Part shown: positions 35,241 to 49,153 of the stretch, piece by piece | Layout: the number at the start of each line of letters is the position of its first letter | Position numbering within the stretch: position 1 is the first letter of the stretch | Source: Marsupella aquatica | Lineage: Eukaryota; Plantae; Marchantiophyta | Length of the DNA: 64,000 bases | NCBI GenBank assembly: GCA_973895155.1 | Contig: OZ316892.1 | Coordinates: 8,105,251-8,169,250, forward strand | Direction of reading: 5' to 3' | The notes under the pieces: generated by a model | Databases searched by the model: none | Told to the model about the DNA's origin: nothing | What the model saw: only the letters and a program-made list of their open reading frames with translations | Translations under genes and position numbers: made by a program

Positions 35241-36825
35241 AATTGCGGCCCCTTTCTTCCTGCCTGGATTTTTGTTGAACAGTTCAAGTGTATGGATGTC
35301 TTGTCTTCCCCAAAGGACCTTTCTCAAAGATTAAACAAATGCCTTGCCTTTTCCGCATTCTCAAATTGTAGCCAGGAGCACAGCAAGAGAACCGGTTCTT
35401 AGGGTATATCATTTGCATATCGGTACAACCAAGGACACCGGTCGTTCATGATAGAAGCGAGCAACAGTTGGAAGAAGCCAGAGAATGGCAGAAAGAGGGA
35501 GAATGAGAAAATTCATTTGATGAAGCTGTGACAGTGCTGAAGCTTGAGAGTTGTAAAAATATGTCTGGGAGTACGAGCAATCTGTCATCAGCGCACAGGG
35601 CCTCGCCCGCTTTACAACGAGAAAAATTCTCCCACCCATGGCCAGTCCCAGCGGCGGTGAGTCGCCTGGCTGGACTGAAGCCCTCACTCTAGCGGATAGA
35701 GTGAGTAATTTGCAGTTTGCATGTGTCTTCCTCCAGTGACATATGTTCGCACAAATCTCAGCTCGCAGAAAGGTCGGAAGGGGTTGATCAGCTGAATCTC
35801 TGGCATTGAGGTATTTGTTACATCGATCTATATTGTTCTTGTGCCCACTTTCGTTGTGGACTTGGGAAACATGACCTAAACATAGTGAAGGGAAAGATCT
35901 CGACCTGTTGGGTCAGTCTTCTCAAGGGAGGCGAGATCTGAACCTGTTGGGGTTTGAGGAAAGGCAAGGATCCAAATGAAATCCAAATGAAAATATCGTT
36001 GAGGAAGAACAGGGCAACTAGGCAGGGCCTTAATGTCAAGGCAAATCCGGCTGCGCAATATGAGATCTTGGATGTCTTGTTTGGTTCGACAGGCATAATC
36101 CGCAAGCAAGTTTGGGAGTTGATTCAGAGTAGAGAAATTTTGTTCGTACTTACAGTGAAACAAAAGATGTACAGGAGACCAAACTTATTACTACTTGACG
36201 TTGCAATTGGCCGTCGAGTCTCTTCAAACGGCCATAAAATGACAGTAATCGTCTGAGGCTCGGTTTTGAGATCCGTTTTCTCTGTACTGGATTTGCACAT
36301 CTGACGAACGATGTTCATTTCTGGTCCAAGAGGAGACATGTTTCTCCTGGACCTTTCAAGAACTTAAATGTTGTAGTAAAACTCCCTTCTCGTGAAATCT
36401 CTCGAGAAGGTTTAAGTACAAATCCGATTGTTCAGCTTGAATGGATGCAATACCTATCTCCAGAACAAGGCTATGCCAGAACAAATAAAGAATAATCTCT
36501 TCCGCTATTTGAAAGAAACAAGTGTGAAATCTCTTGACACCCAACACCATAGAGTTGTAGACTCGCACCCAGAGCGTCTGGAGAGATTCGGAGGCGAGTC
36601 CACAAGATGCAACTGTAGCCAATATAAGAGAATCAACTGAGGCAAAGGGAACCATTACAAGCGGAACTGCTATACGTTTACATTTCAAATAATTTAGCTC
36701 TACGGATTTTGAAAATGGGCACCAAAACACCTCCATTGTTGCCTACAACGGTGCAATAGCTGCTCCGAGAGACTTAAATTAAGGGTCACCACGAAGTGCA
36801 CTGACTAGGGTGTTTTAGTGCAATC

Positions 36826-39800
36826 CTATTTTTCATCACCACTTCCCCCAGAACCTTCGGAACCCTCAGAACCCTCGGAAGTTCCTTCCCCCATGTTGAG
36901 CTCATCGTCAGAATCTATGCAATTTGCAAAATCATAATATGGCTCTACCTGCATAGAAAATGAAATAGTTATAAAACCATGGAAACCTACCAACCTTGGA
37001 ACAATCTGGGCCAATGAAAGTCTCAGAAAGTGGGTTACAAGTTTACAGCTCTCTGGAAAAAGTAAAAAATAACTTGAGAACAAGTGGGTTGCACAGCATC
37101 CCCAACACCTCAGTAATTGGCTCGGCCATTCTAAAATTTTAGAACAAAAAGTTTACAAGACGAGTGCAAACACGGACAGCTCTGTTCTTGAATCTAAAGT
37201 AAATTAATCACCGATACAGGCAGACACTAATCTTTTACTCTAAACCTGCTCGGGAAAGACAGAAAGAGTTACCTTAGGTCGTGGGTGAACTGCTTCAAAA
37301 ACATGGAAATGAGGTTCCCAAAATTTGGGCGCTTGTAACACTATGTAAGCTCCTTTGTTCCTGTAACGCTTGCCATCTGTCTGCACGTTCCATGAATGGT
37401 AATCCAAATGAGACGCAGGCGGGCACCAGACTTCACAAATCGTTTCCATCTTTCTTTCATGCAGTGCTCGATTCAGAGTAGCATAAGGACCAAAAGAATC
37501 ATAGCACAGTCAAAATATGGAGACTGTAAACCGTCGGCATGCTATTTCCAAACTCCCGGATCAGAAACCTATTCCCATCTTTTTAAGCCGTGTTGTAAGG
37601 ACACCCCAACATATACACAGATGGAAACTGGACACGTTTTACAAGTAGATCTGTCCACGTCGCATTTCTAGGATACTTTTAGACATGAGCAATTGGGGAT
37701 CTTAAAGTAGAAACACACCTGAAACTGTGGATAATCAGGAGCACTGAAAAGTGTGATCAGTTTGCCGGCTTTGACCACATGGTCAATTGTATACCCCTTG
37801 TCCATAGGTGCCATATCTGATCTCTTATCCCGAGCATCCGGACCCTCGTGTGACCTTACTATCAACTGCAATGAACCTCCAACAAACAACAGCAACCCAC
37901 TGTCAAGACCTCCCATTTGAACATTTGAGGGCGGAGGCCAGCACGCGAATCAAGATTCAAGTTTGTCAAGAACCAGTTGATAGAACACCGCTGTATAACT
38001 TCGAATTTTCAGAGCTAATAACTCTTGTAGGCCTAGATCTCGATCGATGCAGGAGACAGTATTCCATTTGGGATCATAGCTACTTCATTATGCTGATAAT
38101 CCCAGACACATTCCGAACTGTAATAATCCTGTGAAATTTGCGATCATGGTCGAGTTTTTCCTGGATGAATGCATTTCAAGCTCTTAGAAGACCCTGAAGA
38201 GGCTACATTAACATTCAACCAGGGCATCAAATCCAGTGCAGCATCGTGATAAGGGAGATTATTGTCATCTTCAGCCGAACCCAATATTGGTTTGCAAAAA
38301 AGAACACCAGATTTAGGGAGACGCTGAAGACATCCGTTTGCGAATCAGGCTACTAATGTCATTTTTACAACTCGACAACATTACTGCCTTAATATATGGA
38401 CTTAAATGGGTGATGGTTACCTTGATTTTGTTCTTCTCCATAAACTCTTGAGTGCAATCCGGACCCCATAGAAGCCCAATTCCTCTACCATTGTTGTGAG
38501 TGAGACCCTTATCGGGAGAGGGATCTGACCACAGTACGTCTGCACAGATTGCACTTACACCAAACCCTGTAGGGTTTAAAATCCCTCTCCTCGCTTTTTG
38601 CAAATCATCCAAGGTGCCCAATTTTAAAGTTTCCTCCCCACTTCGAATCCGAAGTAGACGTCTCCCTATCTTACTCTTCTTGGAGGGCTTTTTCTCCATT
38701 ATTCGAAAAAGCCCTCCATGGGCAAGGTACACACATCCTGCAACTCGAGCTGCCAGAGGATGGCCTTCAAAACAACCCAGGACTTTGCGGTACAGGTGGT
38801 TGCCTCTATCCCCATATTTGAATAACACTTCCTGCTCAAACCCATATGCACTGGTGCAGAATTTCGTCTCGTGATTGCCTCTTAGAAGGAAAACGCTCTG
38901 AGGTAAAAATATCTGCATGTCAAGGCCATGTTCTGTCAGTAAAATGCATACCCCGTCAACCTCTCTCAGCTTGTCACTGAGTCTCACCAATCCATCCCAG
39001 ACTCGTACGGATGAAAAGGGAAATTTTGATGACATCACAAAACCCGATAGAGATGCCTGAGCCAATTCCAATTTCTTCAGGCCCCTCACTCATGGATTAT
39101 AGCAATCTCGTCTCGAAGTTTTATTATTTACCTCGTCGACAAACTAACTTCCACGTCTTAGCTCATCGGGTGCCATGAACTTACACACTCGCACCATCCT
39201 GTGCTTGGAGAGGCCGTTAAATTGTTTCCCTTTTCATGTCACAAAGCTTACAGAACACTAGGAGATGATGACAATTGCTCCATCTCCCACACTCTCAACT
39301 CAGATCTTAATTTTTCTTCACAATCCAATCCAGTATTTTTCAACTGTGATCTTTCCAGTTTCTTTCCTGTCTCACATCTCAGCACAGCTCAGCAGGAGAC
39401 AGGCACGCAGAATCATGCAGCTCGAGCAGCTCAAGTCAAAGACTGGAATTGAGAGGGGAATTGGATGCACAAGACCTTCCAGCACAAGAGGAAAATGTAG
39501 GTCTCGAGGCCCCAAGCCCCGCGGTCAACATAATCTCCATTGAAGACGAAAATCCGATCCGAAGTCGGTTCCCCGGCGACATCCAGCAAATGCAGTACGT
39601 CGTGGTACTGCCCGTGCACGTCTCCCACGAGCACCACTCTGCATCTCGGATCGACCTCTACATCCACACAATTCGCCTCCTTGTGCAAGAGCTTCGACGC
39701 CGTTGCGATTATCTGATCGGCCACACTACCGGGCAGGACCGACGGCAGCTCTGTGGGCTTCAAGTTCCGCGTTGCATATTCTAGTGTCAACCTCAGCTGC

Positions 39801-39874
39801 CCGATCCACTCGAGCGTCAGGTTCCCACCCTGTGGCCACTCCAGCGGCGCTGCTGTTCCATTGAGAGACGCCAT
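36826..39874 (-). CDS. PP7: Ser/Thr protein phosphatase 7 (PPP family), 422 aa
   Basis: Exons 39874-39476, 38912-38421, 37865-37719, 37380-37273 and 36948-36826; all GT-AG, phase 0. Motifs GDVHGQ, GDYVDRG, RGNHE, HGG, DVLWSDP, RSHEGPDAR and FSAPDYPQF are present, plus the basic insert typical of PP7. Confidence 0.95.
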
Positions 39875-41187
39875 GCCATGAATCGGAATTTCTTCACCCC
39901 AAATCTAATCAAAACTAGATTCTTCCTCCTAGAGTCGTCCGTCCCTTTTCCCCGGCGCTCTCCTCGATTCTCAGGCTAGTCGCGAGACTTAATTCCGCTC
40001 TTTCTGCCCCTCCTCCTCTCCCGGACCCTCCGCTCCAGCACCACGATTACCTCCCCCATTCGCATCACAAGAAAACCTCACAGGCTCACACAAATCAGGC
40101 CTTCTTCTCGGTCCGCCAAGGTTAATCAGGTCCCTACAGTACCTACGGTCCGCCAGTTATGCAAATCAGGTCTCCTGTATCTACGGCAACGTCGCAGCTC
40201 GAGTACCTCGGGTCTAAATCGGCAATCTAATTTGGCAATCTCACTCGTTTTGATAAGCTGGCTGCTGTGCTGTACAGAAGCAATTGAGCTATTGAGCTGC
40301 ACGGAAGCGTCAAGCGCGCGGTACGTTCCAAGTTCTCTCCGCCACGACGTACGTCCTCCGCTTCTTCGCTCAATTTCTGTGTCTCTTGCTCTTTCCTTAG
40401 GTGAACGCACAGCACTAAAATAAAGTCGACTCTCTCTTTCCAGCTGCGCTACGTGTTTCCCGCTACAACAGTTCACTGCTCGCTGTCAGGATGATGCTGA
40501 CACTCGTCCCACGAGAAAAAGAAATCAAATTATCTGGAAGAAGAGATGATGAACAGAAGATGGGGCCCGTGATGGTCTACAAACTATGTCGAAGGGCTTC
40601 GTTGGCCCCAAATGTTCGACTCTTTAATGCGAAAGAAGAATTCCTTCTGCCGCTGCCGTTTCCTTCGCCCCAAATGTTCGACTCGATCATTAAATGCATG
40701 TGTTTCATTTCGGCAAAGAGCCAAAGATGGAAATCTGGGCGGGAACGAGGAATGCCAACAATAAATTCCTCGCCGTCATTGCAATTGTCTTTGCTTTACT
40801 GTACCGTATCTTGGCTGTCTATCTTGTTGTGGTTGAAACGGATAAAAGAGGCTTTCGGTTGAAGGGAGCTCCACCAAAAGGTAAGGTTCGATCTTCGTTG
40901 AGGAGCGCCCGCCATAGCTCATCAGTTGATGATGAGACTTGAGAAGCTCGCTTTATGACTTGGCATCGGGACCCGTTGGTTCGCCGGGTACAGTTCGAAC
41001 TCGATCCGGGTTTGTTGCTGACAGGGTCCAGAGGTGTAACGTGGGTTCAGAGAGGGGGTAACCCATGTTCCCAAGGGAGTTATAGGATGTAATCCCCCTC
41101 TGGCTCACCACCAGGTCTGGGCACAGGGTTACTAGGCTGTAACCTTGTGTCCGGAATATGAAAAGAAGCTGACCAGCGGCAGTCGGA

Positions 41188-41377
41188 AAGCTTCTTTGAA
41201 TATTCCGGGAGCAGGTTACAATCTATAACCCCAGCCCTGCCCCGCACTAGCATATGTAACTCATGGCCCAATTAGTTGGTTTAAGCTTCTTTGAATATTC
41301 CGGGAGCAGGTTACAATCTATAACCCCAGCCCTGCCCCGCACTAGCATATGTAACTCATGGCCCAATTAGTTGGTTT
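41188..41377. repeat. Perfect 95-bp tandem duplication
   Basis: AAGCTTCTTTGAATATTCCGGG...GCCCAATTAGTTGGTTT at 41188 and 41283, with no differences seen. Confidence 0.95.
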
Positions 41378-42779
41378 TTTCCCTTGTTGGCTTCCTTTGG
41401 GCATGGGCCTTATTGTTCTTTTTTGTTGGGTGGCTTTCGTCCCCTCACATGATATTGATAGGCCCTACGCCTCCCTTTCCAAAAACAAATCTGGAGGGTG
41501 AAGACATAGGCGATGATTTCTATTGCAACATTTTTTTATGTTAGACTTTGTTTATGAGCAATGACTTGCATGGGGAGTTTAGGTACAAGGATCCCATTGT
41601 ATGCTTTATACACTGATTTTTGGGCTGGTCAAAAAAATCTTCTCCTTCAAATTTCCCCTCTTTGCTCATGATGAGCCCAACTACAATGCTCTCAATTAAA
41701 ATTGCATTTTGAAAGTGTGATCAATTGGCATCTCTATTGTGTAGAGCCTTGCATCACTAAATCAAAAGCATACGCTCTTGTTCTTGGCATTGCTATCTGT
41801 AGAGAGCCTTGCATCACTAGGGAGTGGACAGGATTCTCGTTCCCATCGCTAACGTGTAGAGCCCTGCATTGCAAGGTAAGAGAACTTAACCTGGCCACCT
41901 TCTTTATGATTGAGTCTTTTTTATTGCATGGACAAATAGAATTTACACTACTCCATCAATCCACATTTATTCTTGTTCTCTCACTGTATTCTTTATACAA
42001 TTTCAAACTTTTTTGCGATTCAGATTTTTCTTCTTTAAAAGAACTTACTACTCCCAAAATTCAGATTGTATCTTTTTTTTTGCTGGAATTTTCAAAAGCT
42101 CGAGTCTTCTTATGATTCAATCCTTGCTAGATTACTTTAATCACCTCAAACGCTCCAACCTCTATGATTAAGCTTCAATTACGGCAATCACAATTCTGCA
42201 TAGATATGGCCTAGTGGGTCTAGAGTGAATTAATTGGTTTGAATTGCTTGCCATGGAGTTTTAGGGATTGGATTTACTTGCTTGCAGCTTGGGCAAGCAT
42301 TGGAGGTACCAATGACCCATCCATTGGTGAGACCAGCACCAAACCTGTTGTAGTTGCTCCCACTCTAGAGATGCCAATGCTTGTATTGTCTAGTCAAGTT
42401 ATGCAAAACATTGCCTGTCAGAAACCGTCAGCTCTGGAATAGACAACAATGCACAATATGAGAGAGACAATCAAACGCTACACTGACAAGACAATTCCGA
42501 GTGGAGAAAATCTTGAAGGATCCATAGCATATGAGAGTACATGTGAAGAATGAGGGAGGAATGCCCTCCCTCCAACCTATACCCCCCAAGGGGGACTAAG
42601 ATGTGTGAGCCTAAATAAGTGGATCTTATCCTAAACTAACCAAGGGTCAACTAACCCTAGTAAGGCCAAACTAACTAAAAGTTGAGAACTGAGAGTCAAT
42701 TCCTAACATTGGCACCAAGGCACAACATTTAAATGCAATCCATTAGAACATTGTCACTGTGCAACAAAACAGTACCAAG

Positions 42780-43960
42780 GAGAAGATCATGTCCTTTACT
42801 GTGAAACATTTTCCAAAGGGTTAGAATCAGCAAATCTCATGAAGGCAAGGAGGTGGTTGAAGGATCGAGAGGATATCCTAGAAGATAAAAAGTGTGAGGA
42901 TTATCAATTAGCCGGTCAGATCTGGGTGGAATGAATAGAATCGAGATGAAGGTACAACCAAGGAAAGGAAGAAAGTGACATCTATGGATTGAATGGTTAT
43001 ACTCCATTGTGAGAGAAGACTTCCAGAGACTCAAAAGAGTTGGCTTGAAATTCTCTCCAAGGGTATTGGAATGTGTTCAAGAATGCTCTAGTGACCCTGC
43101 TAGTGACTAACTCTCATATTCTTTTCCAATATTGTCATGGGTGATAGTCATGAACTCCTCATTGATTGTATCACCTCTCAATGGACTCAAACATTTCAAG
43201 AGGCCCATAATATTTTGCACAGGTCAAACAAGGGAGCTCTGTACAAGTCTCTAGAGCAAAGAGTGAATTCCTTGAATGTGAGGTTGATTTTCACATGGGA
43301 GTCTTATGCAAAGGACTTTGAGATGACACATTAGACAAAAAATTGCAAGAAAACATGGATGAAACTCATTTCCAGATCAACAAGGACAACAGTCAAACAT
43401 TGAGGTTTATCCTATCAAAGGCATAAAGTTGTCATTATCAAATGGATTTTGTTACAATAGCACAATGAAAGGTTGCATAAACAATGCAGCTGGTTTACTA
43501 TTACAAGGAACCAAAAGTTTGTTGATGTGAGTGGAAAAAAAAGAGCTATGGATGGATGATTATCCGGGTCAAAACATTTTGCCAAGGGCATAGGACGCTT
43601 TGCAATGCATCAACATTGAGGTCCATTGTTTCCAAGATAATGCAACAGATCTGATACAACCTTGTGACCTCCAAGATCCCCAAGATCAAAGATGCCTAGA
43701 CCTAACAATGGGAGGAGAAGAACATATTTGTGATTTGTGGCAACAGGTGCTAAGGAGAAGGTAGAGCAAGGACTAGTGGAGTGTTGAAAAATCCACTTAA
43801 ATATTTTTTCTTCAATTGGCAGTAGATGTAGGGAGAGATGTCAAGAGCATATTAATGATAGATAAACATTGTGGTATTAGCTATGCAAGGAAGGCAATGA
43901 CTCAAACAACCCTGTCACTAAACCTGGAATATTGATCCGTAGACCAATGTGGACAAAAAT
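42780..43960 (+). mobile_element. Decayed pogo/Tc1-mariner-superfamily (DDE_1) transposase pseudogene
   Basis: Ordered peptides across stops and frameshifts: SANLMKARRW; GKGRK*HLWIEWLYSIVREDFQRLKRVGLKFS; ITSQWTQTFQEAHNI; ENMDETHFQINKDNSQTL (first D); LWMDD (second D); NATDLIQPCD (third D); VLKNP..FF/LQLA; GISYARKAM. Confidence 0.85.
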
Positions 43961-46329
43961 AGTACTATAAGCAATGTAGGGCTAGCAATTTGGAAACTGT
44001 GTTTCACAATTTTGTTAGGAGAAATTTAATTCACAATCATTACATGAATAAAATATTGTGAACAATTTAGGAGCCAACTATTCAGAAGTGTTCCCAAATT
44101 TTTTTACATACAATTTTGAAATATAAACAATGAGGATTAAACAATACATCTACTAAACACATTAGATTACAATGAAGTGAATGCTTGTTCATTTCTAGAC
44201 TTGGCAAATGTGTTGTAAATGGAAACTGAAAATATGTACTATCTATTGTAAAAGACTTTCACCAATTTATTTTTTTTTAAATGTGGACAAGTGTCAACTT
44301 GCAAGAGTTCAACAGTCTACATGGAAACACAACGGATGTACAGTCCATTGTGAAAAACTTTCACCAAATAAAATAAACAAATGTGGAAAAGTGTGAACTT
44401 GCATGCAAGAGGTCAACAATGAGTTTGTCACAAAGTAAGCCTGAGTATCAAAGGTCTGGAAAATTTTGGTTGAACCTACGCTTGGTGGCAATGCCAATGT
44501 GACTCTAATACCCATCTGTTGGCCTAGGGCAAAATTTGTGTGTATCCAATTCCAGCTCCCTATCCAACTCACCATCACATGTATGAACTTGCAGACATAA
44601 ACCTATAGAGCTAGCACAATTTTCTCCACTTCATACCAAGCATGTGCAATAAAGTGGGTGTTGTGGACGCTTTGGAGGTGTGTTCATTCACCATCCCTCC
44701 ATAGAAGATGCAAGCACACACTCGGGCAAAAATTATGCACTACTCGGACTCATCCATTGGATGCGCATTCTTTCTGAAGAGGTTCATTGCCAAGCAACAT
44801 TTTTGCCTAAGTTTTGAGCTGTGTAATCAGCAAGGTCAATTTTTGAAACCAATCAATTTATCGAAGCAATGATCAATTTGTAGTCAGTTTTCTCCAAGGA
44901 GAGATTGATTACACATAGAAGGTGGAAGTTTGATTATGTCATGTAGAACTTTGATTTGTCAATTTTTACTTAGTTTTTTCCAAGCCTGATTACACTTAGA
45001 AGTTAGAAATTTGGTTACAAATAGAATTCCAATTTGTCCAATATAGGGCCAAGAAACACTTCAATTCCAACGACTAGCAATTTCACCAGCTAGCAGCAGC
45101 TTTGAGAAGCAAAACAAGCAGCAAAACCAAATTGACCCCATGAGCAATTGGGTTTAGCAGAAACACCAATCCACTGAATTTCAATAGTAGGAACCATGAT
45201 CAAATAAACTTTGCAGTAGCAGGAGCAACAACGATCTAGTTGGATTACAATAGGAGCCTAGCATAGCAACAACAATGCAAGCAACTTGAACTTCACAGCA
45301 AGTGGAATTGTGATTGAGTTCAAGTTTAGCACAATGTCAACAACAGTGATCCACGTACTTTACAAGAGGACTACAAAGATTGACTCAATAGCAATAGCAA
45401 TTGGGCAGCAACAATCCACTTCCCATGTGTGGAAGCTAGCTTAATTGAACATTGATGACTTTAGTCCCAATGTTATCAAAACCCCAACAAAAGAGCTGGT
45501 GTTGGGAAGTTGTCAAGACCACGTGAAGCCGTTGCCATTTTGTAGCTGCCTAATAAGAGTAGAAAAATCACACAAATTAGTGTTCGAGAACAATATATCA
45601 TGCATGTAGAAATATTGTTGGCACAAAATTAGAGCGACTAACACTAATTTGTGAGTAGATCCTGAAAATTAGTGTTAGTCACGCTAATTATGGTGAAAAG
45701 TGTCTAGTTACTAAAATAAGGATCTTGCCAAAAGTTTTCATCACCCATTTACAAACTAACTTCTGGTGAATAGGTTATGACCATCGGATTTATATTTTAT
45801 TTTATTCTAGCCTTTGATCAACTAAGAATCACTTCCCAGCACAACTGCCCAAAGTGACAAGACAATTGGTACACAAGCAAGCACATATTTATTATGAGGA
45901 AACTATACTCAACCTGAGTACTCAGCTGTCAATAATTAAATAGAACATAATTTTACAATGTACACATGTGGATAATTAAGACTGAAAGGTACTCAACCAT
46001 CAATCATTACATGTTTAGTACATCCGTATTTTATTTTGTTGGCCTCAAAAAACCAAATGAGACTTTCCATTCAAATAGTCAACATACAAAGAAAGGGGGA
46101 GCCTCCAAAAAGGTCACACCCCAAACAACCGAAGGTCAATGTGCTAAAAATAACCGGCGAAGCTGGTGCTAGGGGAGAAGCAGCTGGTGCTAGGGGAGAA
46201 GCTGAGCCTAAAAAAGGGGTAACTAAACAAGTAATTCAGGTACTACAGCGGGAGCAGCACACTCCGAAGACCGGCCAGTGATCACGTCCCCACAAGGTTA
46301 TGTGCAGTCGGGTGTCCAGTGGGTCCATG

Positions 46330-47430
46330 AAAGAAGGTAAGTTCTATCAGTCTATCTGTAGTGTAGCCACACACCTGTTGTAACCGAGACGTTCAGGGTG
46401 GATGGGGGGGAACCGGTGGCATCTGCAAGACCTCCTCATGTAGCTTCCAAAGTCCAGCCCATGTACCATCGTGAAACTTACAAGAAATTATTGTAGGCCT
46501 CACCCAAAGTTGGTTTCCCAACTCTAATTCTAGTTTGGCACAATCTTGTCAAAGGTAGATCCCCAAACAATGCCATGATTTTTGAATAACCCCCTGGGGA
46601 TTTTGCCAAGTGTGTTCATGAAATATAGGTTTTTGTCCTTCTAGATATTCTAGTAGAGAATTGCTTTGAGTATGTACCACAATTTCTTTGGAATATCTCA
46701 CTCATCCAATAATGGCTCTCCAACAAATATGTGAGCTATATATAGTTGAGTGAGACAATTCCAAGAAAAGGCAACATGGTGTAATAAGAACTGTAGCCAA
46801 TTCAATGCCATACCACCTGAGAGATTGGGTAGCCCATATGCACTAAAGCACAGAACTCCAATGTTGTGTGGCAGGAATTTGGTAGATTAATTGCCAAAGG
46901 TAGCAGTTCTTGCTAGCAGCCCTAAAAGGTAATCAGGTGTCCTTCCAAAGCACATTCAGGTCAGGACACCAACCCAACCAAGCCACCCACTTGATTGTGT
47001 ACTGCTTTGTGTGTATTAGATTGACGAGGCCCCTGGATCCTCCTAAGGTGGGCAGTGTTTGTGTCCAGAAAGGACTTCCCATCCTTACACTTGTACTAGA
47101 GTAGTGGGGAAAGCAAGTTCATGGGCCTCCCAATGCGCTGATGGTGGTCATTGCAACCCCAAAGATTCTAACCACCACCTGATGAAGTAGAGTGCCGTTG
47201 GGTGGGGTAAGTTGTATTCTCTAATTTGAGGAGAAGTTCATTGGTTACCTTGAAAGTCCTCCTAGGTGTAGAGATGTTGTGAAATTGTTGCCATTGCAAT
47301 GTAATTTGATTCCTTTGAATGAGATACTCCCTGATGCGCATGCTGCCGTTGGGTAATGTAGCTTCCATGAAGACTGGGACTGACTGGTGAGGGTTATTGT
47401 GCAACTCTGGAACACTTCACAGGTTTCCGA
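46330..47430 (-). mobile_element. Possible decayed LINE ORF2 C-terminal fragment
   Basis: Minus-strand WTQTLPTLGGSRGLVNL...YTIKWV resembles the LINE P..GGLG..L...KW motif; WAGLWKL lies downstream. The frames are heavily interrupted. Confidence 0.45.
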
Positions 47431-48339
47431 TCAGCTTCAGGTATGTACAATAGAAGCACAATTTCCAAGGAGTACAGTGTTAGGACCCTCCTCCCATCGT
47501 AAGAATTGACCATCTCCCTTGATGAAATCTTTCATATATGTGAACACAAACCCAGCCCTCTTGAGTCGACCCTGAGGAATTGAGGTAAATTTGTATTTTG
47601 AGGTAAATATAAATATAAATAAATATATATATATATACAAGAATTGTGCTAAGCCCATATAGCTAAAAGTGGTATTGACACAATTGTGGAGAGCATGCTC
47701 TTTGGTGGGAGGGGACCTTGCATAGGTTTTTTTTTGTTTTAAGGTAGAGTCTAACTTTAAATTCTAATATGCCTTTTGAGAAGTTTTTTAATGCCTTTCA
47801 AATGTCTTGGGAAATGGAAGGGGTGGGTGGGGTTAGAGAAATTCTTTGCCAAGTGGATGTTTATGGTACTCACATTGTTTTCTTTTTTTGCGTGAGGTTT
47901 TGCACTATCATTGATATTTGTTTCCACTCTCCTCAATGTTCACCCAACTTTCCCATCTCCCCTCAGAGTCACTTGCTATCTGCCTGCTGACCCTCTTCTG
48001 TACTAACAACAAGGACTTCTACACAAACACATCAAAGCTCACATTTTGTGTTTATCTAACCACTACAGTATGCAATCTTGCCATTTTTTCCCTGCCTGTT
48101 TACAAATCCAATATAGACAAGAATCAATCATGGCCGTTCAATGATACAAGGCTTTGTTTTGCATTGTTGGATCTTTCCGAAACACCATCCTAATCTTGGT
48201 GTGCCTTGCCTGCCCCCTCACACTTCCCGTATGACCTTATGCCTCCATTTGCCCTCTCCTCCCTCCGCTCTTGCCTCCTTCCTTGCCCTGGCCTTCCTTT
48301 TGCCCATGCCTTGCCCCAACCCATCCATTGTGTAATACT

Positions 48340-48720
48340 TTTTTTGTAAACAAGATTTTTTACACAGTGACATTGTGTTTGCACAACATTGTGTGCAATG
48401 ATATTTTTAGAATGATATCTTTTGTGCAATGACACCTTTTAGCAAATATCTTGGTATGCATCTACATCTTTTGTACAACAACATATTTCTTGCAGACAAC
48501 ATTTTTTACACAATGACATGCTTTTTGGAACAACATCTTTTGCACAACAATATCTCTTGCACAACATCATTTTTTTTTGCAACACCATCATTTGTGCAAT
48601 GATATCTTTTTTGTAGCGACAATTTTTTGGCACCAATTTTTTTTGTGCAAATGAGATCTATTATGCATCAACAACTTTTATGCAAACATATCTTAGTGCA
48701 ATGCACATGTCTTTTGCTAG
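48340..48720. repeat. Degenerate ~17-bp minisatellite (TTTTGCACAA(C/T)(A/G)ACATC-like)
   Basis: Repeated TTTTG(C/T)(A/G)CAA.(G/A)A(C/T)AT units over ~380 bp upstream of DapB. Confidence 0.75.
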
Positions 48721-49153
48721 TAGGTGATAACCCTCCCCCCCAAACATGAGATTGGGTGCCTGTAGTTTGTGTGTATATACAGTAGTTTCTGACACTGACT
48801 ATGAGAATATCACCTCAGGATAACCATTGTTCCATACAATATTTACCTGTTGAATTTTGAGTTTCAGTACAAAATTCTGGTCGCAATGGAAGGCTTAGAG
48901 AAAATAACAACTGTACACTCATGTAGGTGACGAGGAAGATCTTAGCTGCACGAGAGAAACACGACGTAATGTGCTAGCTGGAGCTGAGGTTTTTGCTAGG
49001 GCTAAGGTTTAGTGTAAAGTGGGGCGAAGAGAATCAGAGGAGCGAAGACAATCAGCCGTTCGACGGCGAGGCCTTGCTTTCGGCCAACAAGAGCAGGGCA
49101 GGGATTTCGACTTGGTTAACATTTCGTTGCAGCTGTTGTTGTTGTCATCGGAG

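Noticed and set aside
42542-42720. 167-bp TG...CA segment followed by TGGCACC, suggesting an LTR with PBS or a solo LTR
   Set aside because: No matching target-site duplication, no second LTR, and the downstream sequence is a DNA transposase.
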